From an uncultured Patulibacter sp. (GTDB lineage: Bacteria; Actinomycetota; Thermoleophilia; Solirubrobacterales; Solirubrobacteraceae), in assembly GCA_964519185.1 (NCBI GenBank), contig CAZFIQ010000003.1:1-34521 (forward strand): a stretch of 34,521 bases of DNA. The letters run 5' to 3'. Of the stretch, positions 8,581-17,362 are shown piece by piece. A program made the translations under genes and the position numbers. The notes under the pieces are model-generated. The model was not told the DNA's origin. It was given only the letters and a program-made list of their open reading frames with translations, and did not search any database. The first letter of the stretch is position 1, and each line of letters begins with the position of its first letter.

Positions 8581-8750
8581 CGGCGGTTCAGGGACACGCT
8601 TGGGTCCGCTGTCGTGTTTGAGTAGCTCAATGGGTGGAGACGCAGTTCCCGCCTGCAATCAACGGCCCGCACGGGGATTTCGCCACTTGAAACACGTCAT
8701 CTGGCATAAATTCCCCACGCGTGACCAACGGAGGCTACGCTTGCGGGACC

Positions 8751-9200
8751 ATGGACCGACAGACGAGCGAAGCCGGCATCACCGCGCCCGGCGCGCGCCT
8801 ACAGATTCGGATCGATCGGTACGAGTACCCGCGGATCAGCAGCGGACCGGATGCCAACTGGCTGATGGGCGACGTCCGACTGACCGCGGGAACTTCGAGC
8901 CTGTTCCGAGCGAGTGTCCCGGTGACGATCATGGCCGACGAGCTGGCGCGACTACGCAACGGCCTCGAGGACCTGCTGGAGGGCCGGAGCGACCACGCGG
9001 TGCTCCACCATCTGGAGGTCAACGTCGGCGCGACGATCCGCACTTGGGACGATCTGCTGCTGTTCTCCTGCTTCATCCGCGACGACTTCGCGCCGGAGAT
9101 CCGGCTCCGCGAGGTCCAGATCACCCGCGACCAGCTGCGTGAGGCGTTCGACGAGTTCGACCGCCTGCTCCAGACCTTTCCCGTACGTGCGCCCGCGTAG
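8751..9200 (+). CDS. Hypothetical protein, possibly WapI-family immunity protein
   Basis: About 149 aa, with YEYP....DANWL near the N-terminus and FPVR at the C-terminus, a pattern I associate with WapI-like proteins. An alternative GTG start is at 8721. Confidence 0.45.
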   Translation: MDRQTSEAGITAPGARLQIRIDRYEYPRISSGPDANWLMGDVRLTAGTSSLFRASVPVTIMADELARLRNGLEDLLEGRSDHAVLHHLEVNVGATIRTWDDLLLFSCFIRDDFAPEIRLREVQITRDQLREAFDEFDRLLQTFPVRAPA

Positions 9201-9286
9201 GGCCCCGTCGACGGCGCGCCGGTGCCGTCGCTCCTCGCCCCGGCGAGGCCGAAACCCGATCACCCAACGACAGCGAGGAACGACCG

Positions 9287-9595
9287 ATGCACACCACCGC
9301 CACCCCGGCCCCGACCACAGCGAGCTCAGCCGCGGTCGAGCTCGATCGACCGCCGAAGGATCCGGAGCTGGTCGCTCTGGGCCGACGGATCAGCGCCCAG
9401 CGCCGGGCCCGCGGATGGACGCAGCGCGATCTCGGCCTGCGCGCCTCCGTCAACGTCGGATCGATCGGGCACGTCGAGCAGGGAGCGCAGAACCCCGGGC
9501 TGCTCAACCTGCTGAAGATCGCCCGCGGCCTGGAGATGCCCGCATCCAAGCTGCTCGACGGGCTGCCCAAGTCGACCCCGTACCGTCCGAACTGA
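9287..9595 (+). CDS. XRE family HTH transcriptional regulator
   Basis: LGRRISAQRRARGWTQRDLG...IGHVEQGAQNPGLLNLLKIARGL. GAGGA RBS upstream. Confidence 0.85.
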   Translation: MHTTATPAPTTASSAAVELDRPPKDPELVALGRRISAQRRARGWTQRDLGLRASVNVGSIGHVEQGAQNPGLLNLLKIARGLEMPASKLLDGLPKSTPYRPN

Positions 9596-9629
9596 CGGGC
9601 TCGGCCCCGAGCCCGCGACGGGAGACCCG

Positions 9630-9902
9630 ATGACGACCTTCACACCTGCTGCCCAGACCACACCGGTCCGCACGACGGTCCCGGCGCACGACCCCGCGCT
9701 GGTGGCCTTCGGCGCGCATCTACGCGCCTGCCGACGCGCGTGCGGGATGACCCAGGAGGACCTGGCCGCCGCATCGCAGTTGCACTGGACCTACATCAGC
9801 CAGATCGAGCGGGGCATGCGCAACCTCACCTACAAGAGCCTGCTGATGCTGGCGGCGGGGCTCGGCACCACCCCCGGCCGGCTGATGCCGGACACGCTGT
9901 GA
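9630..9902 (+). CDS. XRE family HTH regulator (RM controller-protein-like)
   Basis: GMTQEDLAAASQLHWTYISQIERGMRNLTYKSL. GGGAG RBS upstream. Confidence 0.85.
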   Translation: MTTFTPAAQTTPVRTTVPAHDPALVAFGAHLRACRRACGMTQEDLAAASQLHWTYISQIERGMRNLTYKSLLMLAAGLGTTPGRLMPDTL

Positions 9903-10222
9903 TCGAGCCGTCCGCTCCCGACGACGAGCAGGCCGGCGGAGCCGCGTCGGCGGAGCATCCGATCCTGGTCCGCTTCGGCCAGCAGGTGCGCGATCTGCGC
10001 CTGCAGGCCGGGATGACGCAGGAGGAGCTCGCCGCCGCGTCGGACCTGCACTGGACGTACATCAGTCAGATCGAGCGCGGCAAGCGCAACCTCACCTACA
10101 AGTGCCTGGTCCGCCTGGCCGCGGGCCTGGGCATCACGCTGTCGCAGCTGGTCGACGGTCAGCAGTCCGATCACGACCCCGGCCCGCTCCCCGGCTGGGA
10201 GCGGCGGCTGTTCCTCTCCTGA
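9899..10222 (+). CDS. XRE family HTH regulator (controller-protein-like), paralog of 9630-9902
   Basis: GTGA overlap with the previous stop. GMTQEELAAASDLHWTYISQIERGKRNLTYKCL. Confidence 0.85.
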   Translation: MIEPSAPDDEQAGGAASAEHPILVRFGQQVRDLRLQAGMTQEELAAASDLHWTYISQIERGKRNLTYKCLVRLAAGLGITLSQLVDGQQSDHDPGPLPGWERRLFLS

Positions 10223-10250
10223 GGTCCCAGGGCTGAGATCCCAAGGGCGC

Positions 10251-10283
10251 CGGCGGCGGAGGCGACGAGCGCTTCCGCCGCCG
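10251..10283. terminator. Bidirectional hairpin between convergent XRE and hydrolase genes
   Basis: CGGCGGCGGAGGCG-acgag-CGCTTCCGCCGCCG inverted repeat. Confidence 0.55.
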
Positions 10284-10288
10284 GGACC

Positions 10289-13003
10289 TCAGCGCTTCTT
10301 GCTGGAGCGCTGCTTCTTGACCTTCAGCGCGTACTTGGACGGCGTCGCGCTGACCTTCGGGTTCGAGATCTTGCGCAGGCGCGCGACCAGGTCGTCCCAC
10401 TGACCCGGCTTGAGCGCCGAGGCCAGCTGGCGGCCCAGCAGCGGGTCGTCCGCCGCGTCGGCGCGGAAGCCGACGTGGATATGGTCGTCGTGGTCCGGCA
10501 GCGCCAGGATGTTGTCGGCACCGCCGAAGTCGGACGGCTGCATCAGGCTGATGATCTGGTGCGGCTTGACCGTGCCCTGCAGGCGCAGCAGCCGCTTGAT
10601 CGTCGTGTCGGTGATCGACCCCCGGCCCTGCGCCGCGGCCGTGATCGTCTGCCCGTCGACGGCCGCGATGTCGATCGCGTTGCCCGACGAGTGGTCGGAG
10701 ACGTTGCCGGACGAGGTGATCGAACCCTGGCGGTGCAACGACGAGACCGCCACGTCGTGGCCGCTGGCCGACAGGTAGGCGAGCGTCGCCAGCACCCGGC
10801 GGTCGATCAGACCCGCCGCGATCTGCGTGCGACCGACCTCGTAGATCTGCAGCTTCTCGTCGGCCAGCACCCGGCGCTGCAGCTGCGCCTTGGTCATCAG
10901 CAGCACCTGGCCGGCGGTGGCGTCGGCGCTGCGCGAGAACATCGCGTCGCCGTCGTCCTCGTTGGCCGCGTAGACCGACGAGGTCTGCAGCAGCTGCCAG
11001 CCCTCCAGGATCGGCCGCGGGTCGATCCGCGGCGCGCCCTTGCCGGCAGGGCGGATCTCGAAGGTCATACGGCCCGACTCGGAGCCGGGATCGAGCGCGT
11101 CGGTGGCGTCGGTCGCCTCGTCGGAGGCGGCCTCCTCACCGAGCGTCCCGGCGTCCTCGACCGTGGCCTCGGCCCGGCTGGGCTTGCGGCCGCGCGCCTC
11201 GTCGTACGCCGCGGTCGCCGCGATCGTGCCGAGCTTGGTGCCGCTGACCACCCGCGCGCCCTTGCGCAGCGGCCGGATCACCATGCCCTCGGTCGGCGCC
11301 TGGACGCTGGGCGTCGTCTCCACCGGGATCTCCGGCGTCAGCATCGGCTCAGGCTTGGCCGCCACGGTCCCGGGATCGCTCGCCGACAGGTCGCCGTGGG
11401 CCGGGGCGCTCGGGCTCGACGACGCCGCCGCGTAGTCGGGGTTCGCGTAGACCCGCTCCTTGCCGCTCGGCGCGGGCGTGCGGTCGGTGGCCGTCTGGCG
11501 CGCGGCGGGCGCCTCCTCTTCCGGCGCGGACGGCTTCTCCGCCTGGGCGCTGCTCGGTGCCGACGACGCGGACTTCTTGCGCTTTGCCGGACGCGCGCTC
11601 TCGGACGCCGGGACCTCCGGCGCCGGGTCGGCGGCGGGTGCCTCGGGGATCGCGGCCGCGGCCTCGTCGCCCTCGTCCTCCGCCGCGGCGTAGGTCCGCG
11701 CGACCGTGTCGAGGTGCCCGTAGGTGTAGAGGTTGCCGTAGACGTCGCGCATCTGCACGAACTTGCCCAGCCGCACGCTCTCGCCGATCGCGGTGATCGT
11801 GCCGTCCTGGACGGCGATCGCGTCGGCCCCGGCCTCCGCCGTGACCTCCGCGCTGCGGACCGGCTTGTCGGACGCGGCGAAGTCCAGCCCGTCGCCCGAC
11901 TCGGCGCCGACGTAGCTGGCCGCCCCGGTGACCGGGAAGACGCCCTGGGTCAGCCCGGATAGCGAGCCGACCAGATCCGCCGGCAGCACGCTGATCAGGC
12001 GCGCCCGCGCCAGCACCGATTCGACGTACCAGTTGGCGTGGTTGTAGGCGAAGATCGCCTTGCGGATGTCGGTGTCGGAGCCCGCGGCCTTCAGGTAGCG
12101 CGCCGCGGAGAAGATCGCGTCGACCGGGTTGTACGGGTCGGCCTTGCCGTCGCCGTTGGCGTCCAGGCCGTACTGCGCCCAGGTCGGCGGCATGAACTGC
12201 ATCCAGCCGAGCGCCCCCGCCGAGGAGACGCTGAGGTTGCGACCGTAGTCGGTCTCGATCTCGTTGATCGCGGCCAGGATCTCCCAGCGGATCCCGTACT
12301 GAATGCCCGCCGCCTGGTAGATCGGCAGCAGGAACGGCGGGATCTTGAACTGGCTGATGAAGAAGTTCGGGACCTCCGACGCCAGGCCGGGCTCGAGCAG
12401 GTCGGTCGCGAAGACGTCCTGCGACATCGCCGCCGGGTCGTCGCTCGTCCCGGCGCCGGGCGCGGCGTCCGTCGCCGTCGCCTCGGTCGTCGTCGGCGGC
12501 TCGTCCGCCGCCGCGTCGCCGTCGGCGTCCGTGCGGTCGGCCTTGGCGGACTGCTGCTTCTTCTTCGTCTTCTTCTTGGCGGCCTTCTTGGCCGCGCGGT
12601 CGGCCCGGCGCTTCTCCGCCCGGGTCCGCTTGGCCTCCTCGGCGGCGGCCTTGTCGGCGTGCTCGCCCTCGGGGGCGTTCTGGCGGTTGCCGCGCGGGAC
12701 CGTCGCGGTTGTCTCCGTCGGCACCGGGTCGGCCGGCGGCGGGGCCTCGGGGGTGGTCGGCGTGGTGACCGTCGTGACCGGCGGGATCACCGGCGCCGGC
12801 TCCGTGATCGTCGGGACCGTGGTGGTGGTCGGCGGAGCCGTCGTGGTCGTCTTCGGGGCCGTGGTCGTCCCCGTGGTGACGGGCGGGGCCGTCTCCGTGG
12901 TCGTGGTGACCGTGGGCAGGTCGGCCGCCTGGGCCGCTCCCGGCGCCGCCACCATCACCCCGGCCAGGACGGCCAGGACGCCACTCGTCGTCCGCGTGCT
13001 CAT
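10289..13003 (-). CDS. Secreted multidomain peptidoglycan hydrolase: lytic transglycosylase + degenerate M23-like domain + C-terminal Zn-peptidase (M15/extensin-like) domain
   Basis: Signal peptide and Thr/Pro-rich linker. Transglycosylase motifs LAAINEIETDYG, SSAGALGWMQFMP.TW and DAIFSAARYL. M23-like AVQDGTI...YTYGHL. C-terminal SDHSSGNAIDI...HDDHIHVGF. The ATG overlaps the last mce stop. Confidence 0.8.
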   Translation of the reverse strand: MSTRTTSGVLAVLAGVMVAAPGAAQAADLPTVTTTTETAPPVTTGTTTAPKTTTTAPPTTTTVPTITEPAPVIPPVTTVTTPTTPEAPPPADPVPTETTATVPRGNRQNAPEGEHADKAAAEEAKRTRAEKRRADRAAKKAAKKKTKKKQQSAKADRTDADGDAAADEPPTTTEATATDAAPGAGTSDDPAAMSQDVFATDLLEPGLASEVPNFFISQFKIPPFLLPIYQAAGIQYGIRWEILAAINEIETDYGRNLSVSSAGALGWMQFMPPTWAQYGLDANGDGKADPYNPVDAIFSAARYLKAAGSDTDIRKAIFAYNHANWYVESVLARARLISVLPADLVGSLSGLTQGVFPVTGAASYVGAESGDGLDFAASDKPVRSAEVTAEAGADAIAVQDGTITAIGESVRLGKFVQMRDVYGNLYTYGHLDTVARTYAAAEDEGDEAAAAIPEAPAADPAPEVPASESARPAKRKKSASSAPSSAQAEKPSAPEEEAPAARQTATDRTPAPSGKERVYANPDYAAASSSPSAPAHGDLSASDPGTVAAKPEPMLTPEIPVETTPSVQAPTEGMVIRPLRKGARVVSGTKLGTIAATAAYDEARGRKPSRAEATVEDAGTLGEEAASDEATDATDALDPGSESGRMTFEIRPAGKGAPRIDPRPILEGWQLLQTSSVYAANEDDGDAMFSRSADATAGQVLLMTKAQLQRRVLADEKLQIYEVGRTQIAAGLIDRRVLATLAYLSASGHDVAVSSLHRQGSITSSGNVSDHSSGNAIDIAAVDGQTITAAAQGRGSITDTTIKRLLRLQGTVKPHQIISLMQPSDFGGADNILALPDHDDHIHVGFRADAADDPLLGRQLASALKPGQWDDLVARLRKISNPKVSATPSKYALKVKKQRSSKKR

Positions 13004-14502
13004 CGCGTCGGTCCTTCCGCGTCAGCGGGATCGGCTTTCAGCTGGGGGAAGATGGTGTCGTATCCGCTACGGGGACCCTGTGCGACGCAGGCGGGGCGCG
13101 GGGTGTCGCGTCCGAAGCCCTTGAAGACATAGGTTTGCAGAAGATCCAGCTGCCCGGGGAGGTCCGCCGCGGCGGGCAGGTCCGGGTCGCCGTTGCCGCA
13201 GCTCTGCGGGGTCAGGGTGCGCAGGCCGGTCGCCAGGTTCCGCATGCCGCCGGGCTCCATGTAGGGGTTGCTGCGGTTCTGCCCGAAGGCCCGCGGCTGG
13301 TAGGACATCGTCTGCGGCGTGGCCGTCACGCCGGCGCGCAGCATGTGAGCGAAGCCGCTGGCGTTGCGCTCGGAGAGCGCCTGCCGCGGGTTGGTCGCCG
13401 AGGTCACGTTGCCGAAGAACGCGGTGATGTCGTTCTTGTGGTCGCCCAGGTACTCCAGCAGCGGGTTGATCGAGCGGGTGAACGGCCCGAAGTCCTCCAG
13501 CAGCGGCGGGAACTGGCTGAGGATCCGGTCGAACGCGGGCAGCCCCTTGACCGACGCGTCGGCGACCGGCTCCAGCCGGACCATGAACCGCGCCAGGTCC
13601 GGGCTGAGATCCTCGATCGCCTTGAAGGCCGGCGTCATCTCCGTCGCGACCTCCTGCATCCGCACCACCGTCGGGTTGGCCTCGTCGGCCAGCCGGGTGA
13701 TCCGCGGCAGGATGGCGGTCGACGCCCGCTCGAAGGCGGGGAACCGGCGGAAGGTCTCGGCCAGCTCCTGGTTGCGGGCGCCGATCGTGCCGAAGGTCCG
13801 GTCGGTGGCGGTGATCAGCCCGCGCAGCTCGCCCTGGCGGGCGCTCAGCGCCTCGAAGAACTGGCTGGTGCTGGCGACGGTCTGGCGGACGCCGTTGGTC
13901 TGGGCGTCGAGCGTGGCCGACAGCTCGGCGAACGAGTCGACCAGGTCGGGGAACGCCTGGAAGGCCGCGTTCAGGTCCGCGCCGCGGCCGTCGAGCGCGC
14001 CGGCCTGCGACTGCATCCAGATCTGGAACCGCTCGCGGGTCGGCTCGTCGAAGGTCCGCAGCAGCTCGTCCAGCTCGACCGTCGGCGCCACCTGGGCGAC
14101 CGGGATCGTGCCGTTCTCGTCGAGCGGCTTGGGGTCGCGCCCGCGGTCCGGTGCGAGCTCGACGAAGGTCTCGCCCAGCAGCGTCTTCGACCGCAGCGTG
14201 GCGCGGGTCGCCGCCGGGATCGGCGCGTACTTCGGCCGGATCTCGATCGTCGCCGCGGTCGGCCCGTTGGCGTTGGGGTGGACCTTGATCACCTTGCCGA
14301 CGTTGACGCCGGAGATCCGCACGTCGGACTGCTCCGTCAGCTGGCCCGCCTCCGGGAACTGCACCTGGACGCGGTAGCCCTTCGGATGGAAGGGCACCGG
14401 CCCGCCGAACGACAGCCAGAGGAAGAGCAGCGCGCCGAAGCTGCCCAGCGCGAACGCCACCATCGTCAGCAGCTTGGGGATCGAGGGGATCTCTTTGATC
14501 AT
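13000..14502 (-). CDS. Mce/MlaD family protein (6th in operon)
   Basis: N-terminal TM helix. MlaD domain (F.EAGQL...SDVRISGVNVGKV...TLLGETFVEL.P) followed by a long helical region. Confidence 0.9.
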   Translation of the reverse strand: MIKEIPSIPKLLTMVAFALGSFGALLFLWLSFGGPVPFHPKGYRVQVQFPEAGQLTEQSDVRISGVNVGKVIKVHPNANGPTAATIEIRPKYAPIPAATRATLRSKTLLGETFVELAPDRGRDPKPLDENGTIPVAQVAPTVELDELLRTFDEPTRERFQIWMQSQAGALDGRGADLNAAFQAFPDLVDSFAELSATLDAQTNGVRQTVASTSQFFEALSARQGELRGLITATDRTFGTIGARNQELAETFRRFPAFERASTAILPRITRLADEANPTVVRMQEVATEMTPAFKAIEDLSPDLARFMVRLEPVADASVKGLPAFDRILSQFPPLLEDFGPFTRSINPLLEYLGDHKNDITAFFGNVTSATNPRQALSERNASGFAHMLRAGVTATPQTMSYQPRAFGQNRSNPYMEPGGMRNLATGLRTLTPQSCGNGDPDLPAAADLPGQLDLLQTYVFKGFGRDTPRPACVAQGPRSGYDTIFPQLKADPADAEGPTR

Positions 14503-15851
14503 TTGGCCCTCGAGTTGCCACCGCAGGTGGCCGGGTCGGTGAACCCGGGCTGGTTGAGCATCTGCAGGATCGAGTTGATGTACGGGTTGTTGCTCGGGAT
14601 CACCTTCTCGAGCAGTTCGAGCCCGCCGCAGTCCGCCGTGAGGATCGAGCGCGGCAGCGGACCCGCCGCGTCCTGCGTCGAGTAGGCGGAGACCGTGTTG
14701 TGGCCCGCCCAGGGCAGGTAGAAGAGGTAGCTCTGCCCGTCCGGCCCGTCGCCGGGCGGGTCGTAGGCCATCGTGTTGAAGAAGGCGTTCAGCACGTCGG
14801 TGATCCGCCGCAGGTCCGGGGCCGCGTCGGCCAGCTGCCGGCTGACCGGCACCAGCTTGCGCACCGTCGGCTGGGCGTCGCGGGCGAACGGGCGGATCTG
14901 GTTCTCCAGCACCGGTGTGGTCAGCCGGGAGAAGGGCGGGATCTCCTGCAGGCTGGAGGCCAGGTTGGAGGTGGCGGGCTTGAGGGCCGTCAGGCCACGG
15001 TCGAGCGTGACCGACAGGTCGCCGGCCTTGGCCAGCGCCTCGTTGGTCGAATCGAGGGTGCCCGGCAGCAGCTCGACCATCTGGGCGATGCTCTCGTTCT
15101 GGGCCGCGAACCGCCCGAGCGCCTCGGCGCTGGACGCGACGAACCGCTCCAGCTGGGCGTTCTCGCCGCCCAGCTCCTCGGTCACCGCGGCCAGGTTGGT
15201 CATCAGCCGCTTGAGCTCCTTCTCGCGCTTGGCGAGCAGCTCCGACGCGGTCTTGCCGTTGCGCGACAGCGGCTCGAACCGCCGCAGCGCGCGGGCCAGC
15301 GCCTTGCCGCCCTCGCCGCCGAGCGCCTGACCGGCGTCGCCCAGCAGCATCTGCAGGGCGGCCTGGGTCTCGACGTCGATCGTCGCCAGGAACTCGTCGA
15401 AGTTGACGTCCGGCTGGGTCGCGGAGACGTCCAGGATCGCCCCTTCGGCCAGCGCGTCACCGGACGTCCGGGTGCCCGGGTTGAGCTCGACGGTCATGTC
15501 CTTGAGCGGCGTCTTCGGCCGCAGCAGCACCGTCGCGTCGGGGTAGACCGTGCGGTACTTCTCCTCCAGCTGGAAGCCGACCACCGCCTGGCCGCGGTCC
15601 AGTCGGACGCCGGTGACCTTGCCGACGTTGATCCCGGAGATCGTCACCGTCTGGCCCTGGCCGGGCATCACCCCGGAGGCGCTGGTGAACCGCGCCTCCA
15701 TGTTGAAGAAGCTCTTGCCGATCACCGGCACCCAGCTCGGCGCCGTGACGTTCTGGTTGGCGAAGATGTACCCGCCGACCGCCAGCCCGACCACGATCAG
15801 GCTGACCAGGGCGATGACCTCCTTGAGGTGCCCGCGCCATCCCCGGGTCAT
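14499..15851 (-). CDS. Mce/MlaD family protein (5th)
   Basis: Start MTRGWRG at an ATGA overlap. TM helix, then VTISGINVGKV and LRPKTPLKDMTVELNPG. Confidence 0.88.
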   Translation of the reverse strand: MTRGWRGHLKEVIALVSLIVVGLAVGGYIFANQNVTAPSWVPVIGKSFFNMEARFTSASGVMPGQGQTVTISGINVGKVTGVRLDRGQAVVGFQLEEKYRTVYPDATVLLRPKTPLKDMTVELNPGTRTSGDALAEGAILDVSATQPDVNFDEFLATIDVETQAALQMLLGDAGQALGGEGGKALARALRRFEPLSRNGKTASELLAKREKELKRLMTNLAAVTEELGGENAQLERFVASSAEALGRFAAQNESIAQMVELLPGTLDSTNEALAKAGDLSVTLDRGLTALKPATSNLASSLQEIPPFSRLTTPVLENQIRPFARDAQPTVRKLVPVSRQLADAAPDLRRITDVLNAFFNTMAYDPPGDGPDGQSYLFYLPWAGHNTVSAYSTQDAAGPLPRSILTADCGGLELLEKVIPSNNPYINSILQMLNQPGFTDPATCGGNSRAK

Positions 15852-17362
15852 CGCGACGCCCCACGGTTGACCGGGTTGAGCGGCGGGGCCGGGGCGCCCG
15901 AGCGCGATCCGTCGGCCGGCCCCTGCGAGGCCGGGCCGTTGATGTCCGGCACCGGGTTGTCGGCGCAGCGGACGTCCCGCCGCAGCGGCGGCTCCTTGCC
16001 GGTGAACGCCGGGCTGGTGCCGCTGCTCGGCAGCGTCAGGTTGCCGAACGACGGCCGTCCGGTGAAGACGCCCCAGCCGCTCTTCATCGGCACCGCACCG
16101 CCGACCGTCTGGATCCGCATCATCTGGCCGTTGCCGTCGAAGGTCCCGGAGCCGCCGGCCATGCCCGGCAGCGCATACCAGAACTGCTTGTAGTTCGGTA
16201 CGTCGACGCTCAGCGGGCCGTCCTGGACCTTGATCAGCGCCGTCGGCAGGAAGACCTCGTTCATGCACTGCGAGAAGTCACGCGTCGCCGGCACCAGCCG
16301 CCGCGACTCGTGCGTCAGCCGCGCCAGGTTGCGCATCGCCGGCGAGAGGTCGTCGAGCAGGCCGTTCAGCTCGTCCTCGGACAGCAGCTGCTGGGCCTGG
16401 CGCAGCCACGGGGTCGACGCCGCGACGACCTCCGGGGTGACCTCCATCGCCCGCGTCAGGTCCTGGGTGGCCCCGCGCAGCGGCGGGATCGCCCGGTCGA
16501 GCGCGGCGAAGGCGGTCCGGCCGGTGCGGGTGGTGACGGCCAGCTTCTCGATCGACGCCTGCAGCGCGTCCGGGTTCCGTCCGAGCGCCTCCATCGAGAC
16601 GTTGAAGTTGCGCACCAGTTCCAGCAGGTCGGGATCGGCCGCCGCGATCTGCGCGGTGATGTCGCCGAAGCCCCGGAACACGCGGGACAGGTCGCCGGCG
16701 TTCTGGCCGCGCAGCGCCTCGGCGACGGTCGCCCCGTCGCGCAGCGACTGCGGGCTGGTCCGCAGCGTGCGGTTGAGCGCCTGGCCGGCGGTCAGCCCCT
16801 GGACCGCCGGATCCTGGCTGGCGTCCTCGGCGGCGGTCGGCTCGGACCCGAATCCGTCCCCCAGCCCGTCGACGGTCTCCTGCAGGGCCTTGCGGGTGTC
16901 GGCCCGCAGCGCGCTGAAGAACTGGTCCATCTGGACCGGGACGGCCGTCGACGCGATCGGCAGCGTGTCGCCGTTGGCCAGCTCCGGGCTGTTCGGCTCG
17001 CCCGGCTCCAGCTCGACGAAGAAGTTGCCCTCGAGGAACAGCCGCGGGCGGATCTTCAGCGTCGCGTCCTTGCGAACCGGACGGCCCGCCGGGTCGATCC
17101 GCATCGTGATCTTGGCGTTGGCGCTGTCCTTGTACCGCTCGACGCCGGTGATCTTGCCGACGTCGACGCCGGCGATCCGGACCACGGAGCCCTTGGCCAG
17201 CATGTTCGAGGTCTGGACGACCGCGCTGACCTCGTAGTGCTCGCGCAGCGGGTTCTTCTTGGTGAAGGCGAAGAACACGCCGATCGCCGACAGCACGATC
17301 AGGATCACGCCGACCGTCACCGGGCTCAGGCCGCGGCGGCTGTGGACCGGGACGCCGCTCAC
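15848..17362 (-). CDS. Mce/MlaD family protein (4th)
   Basis: TM helix, then GSVVRIAGVDVGKI and IRPRLFLEGNFFVELEPG. Confidence 0.9.
   Translation of the reverse strand: MSGVPVHSRRGLSPVTVGVILIVLSAIGVFFAFTKKNPLREHYEVSAVVQTSNMLAKGSVVRIAGVDVGKITGVERYKDSANAKITMRIDPAGRPVRKDATLKIRPRLFLEGNFFVELEPGEPNSPELANGDTLPIASTAVPVQMDQFFSALRADTRKALQETVDGLGDGFGSEPTAAEDASQDPAVQGLTAGQALNRTLRTSPQSLRDGATVAEALRGQNAGDLSRVFRGFGDITAQIAAADPDLLELVRNFNVSMEALGRNPDALQASIEKLAVTTRTGRTAFAALDRAIPPLRGATQDLTRAMEVTPEVVAASTPWLRQAQQLLSEDELNGLLDDLSPAMRNLARLTHESRRLVPATRDFSQCMNEVFLPTALIKVQDGPLSVDVPNYKQFWYALPGMAGGSGTFDGNGQMMRIQTVGGAVPMKSGWGVFTGRPSFGNLTLPSSGTSPAFTGKEPPLRRDVRCADNPVPDINGPASQGPADGSRSGAPAPPLNPVNRGASR

Noticed and set aside
9287..10222. 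Restriction-modification system implied by the controller-like proteins
   Set aside because: No methyltransferase or endonuclease motifs in neighbouring ORFs, and no clear GACT-N-AGTC C-boxes seen by eye.
12700..12910. Repetitive ACC/ACG-type sequence resembling a tandem repeat or array (also 7010-7060 and 33700-34010)
   Set aside because: Explained by Thr/Pro/Ala-rich protein linkers. There is no constant repeat-spacer structure, and no CRISPR array was seen anywhere in the window.
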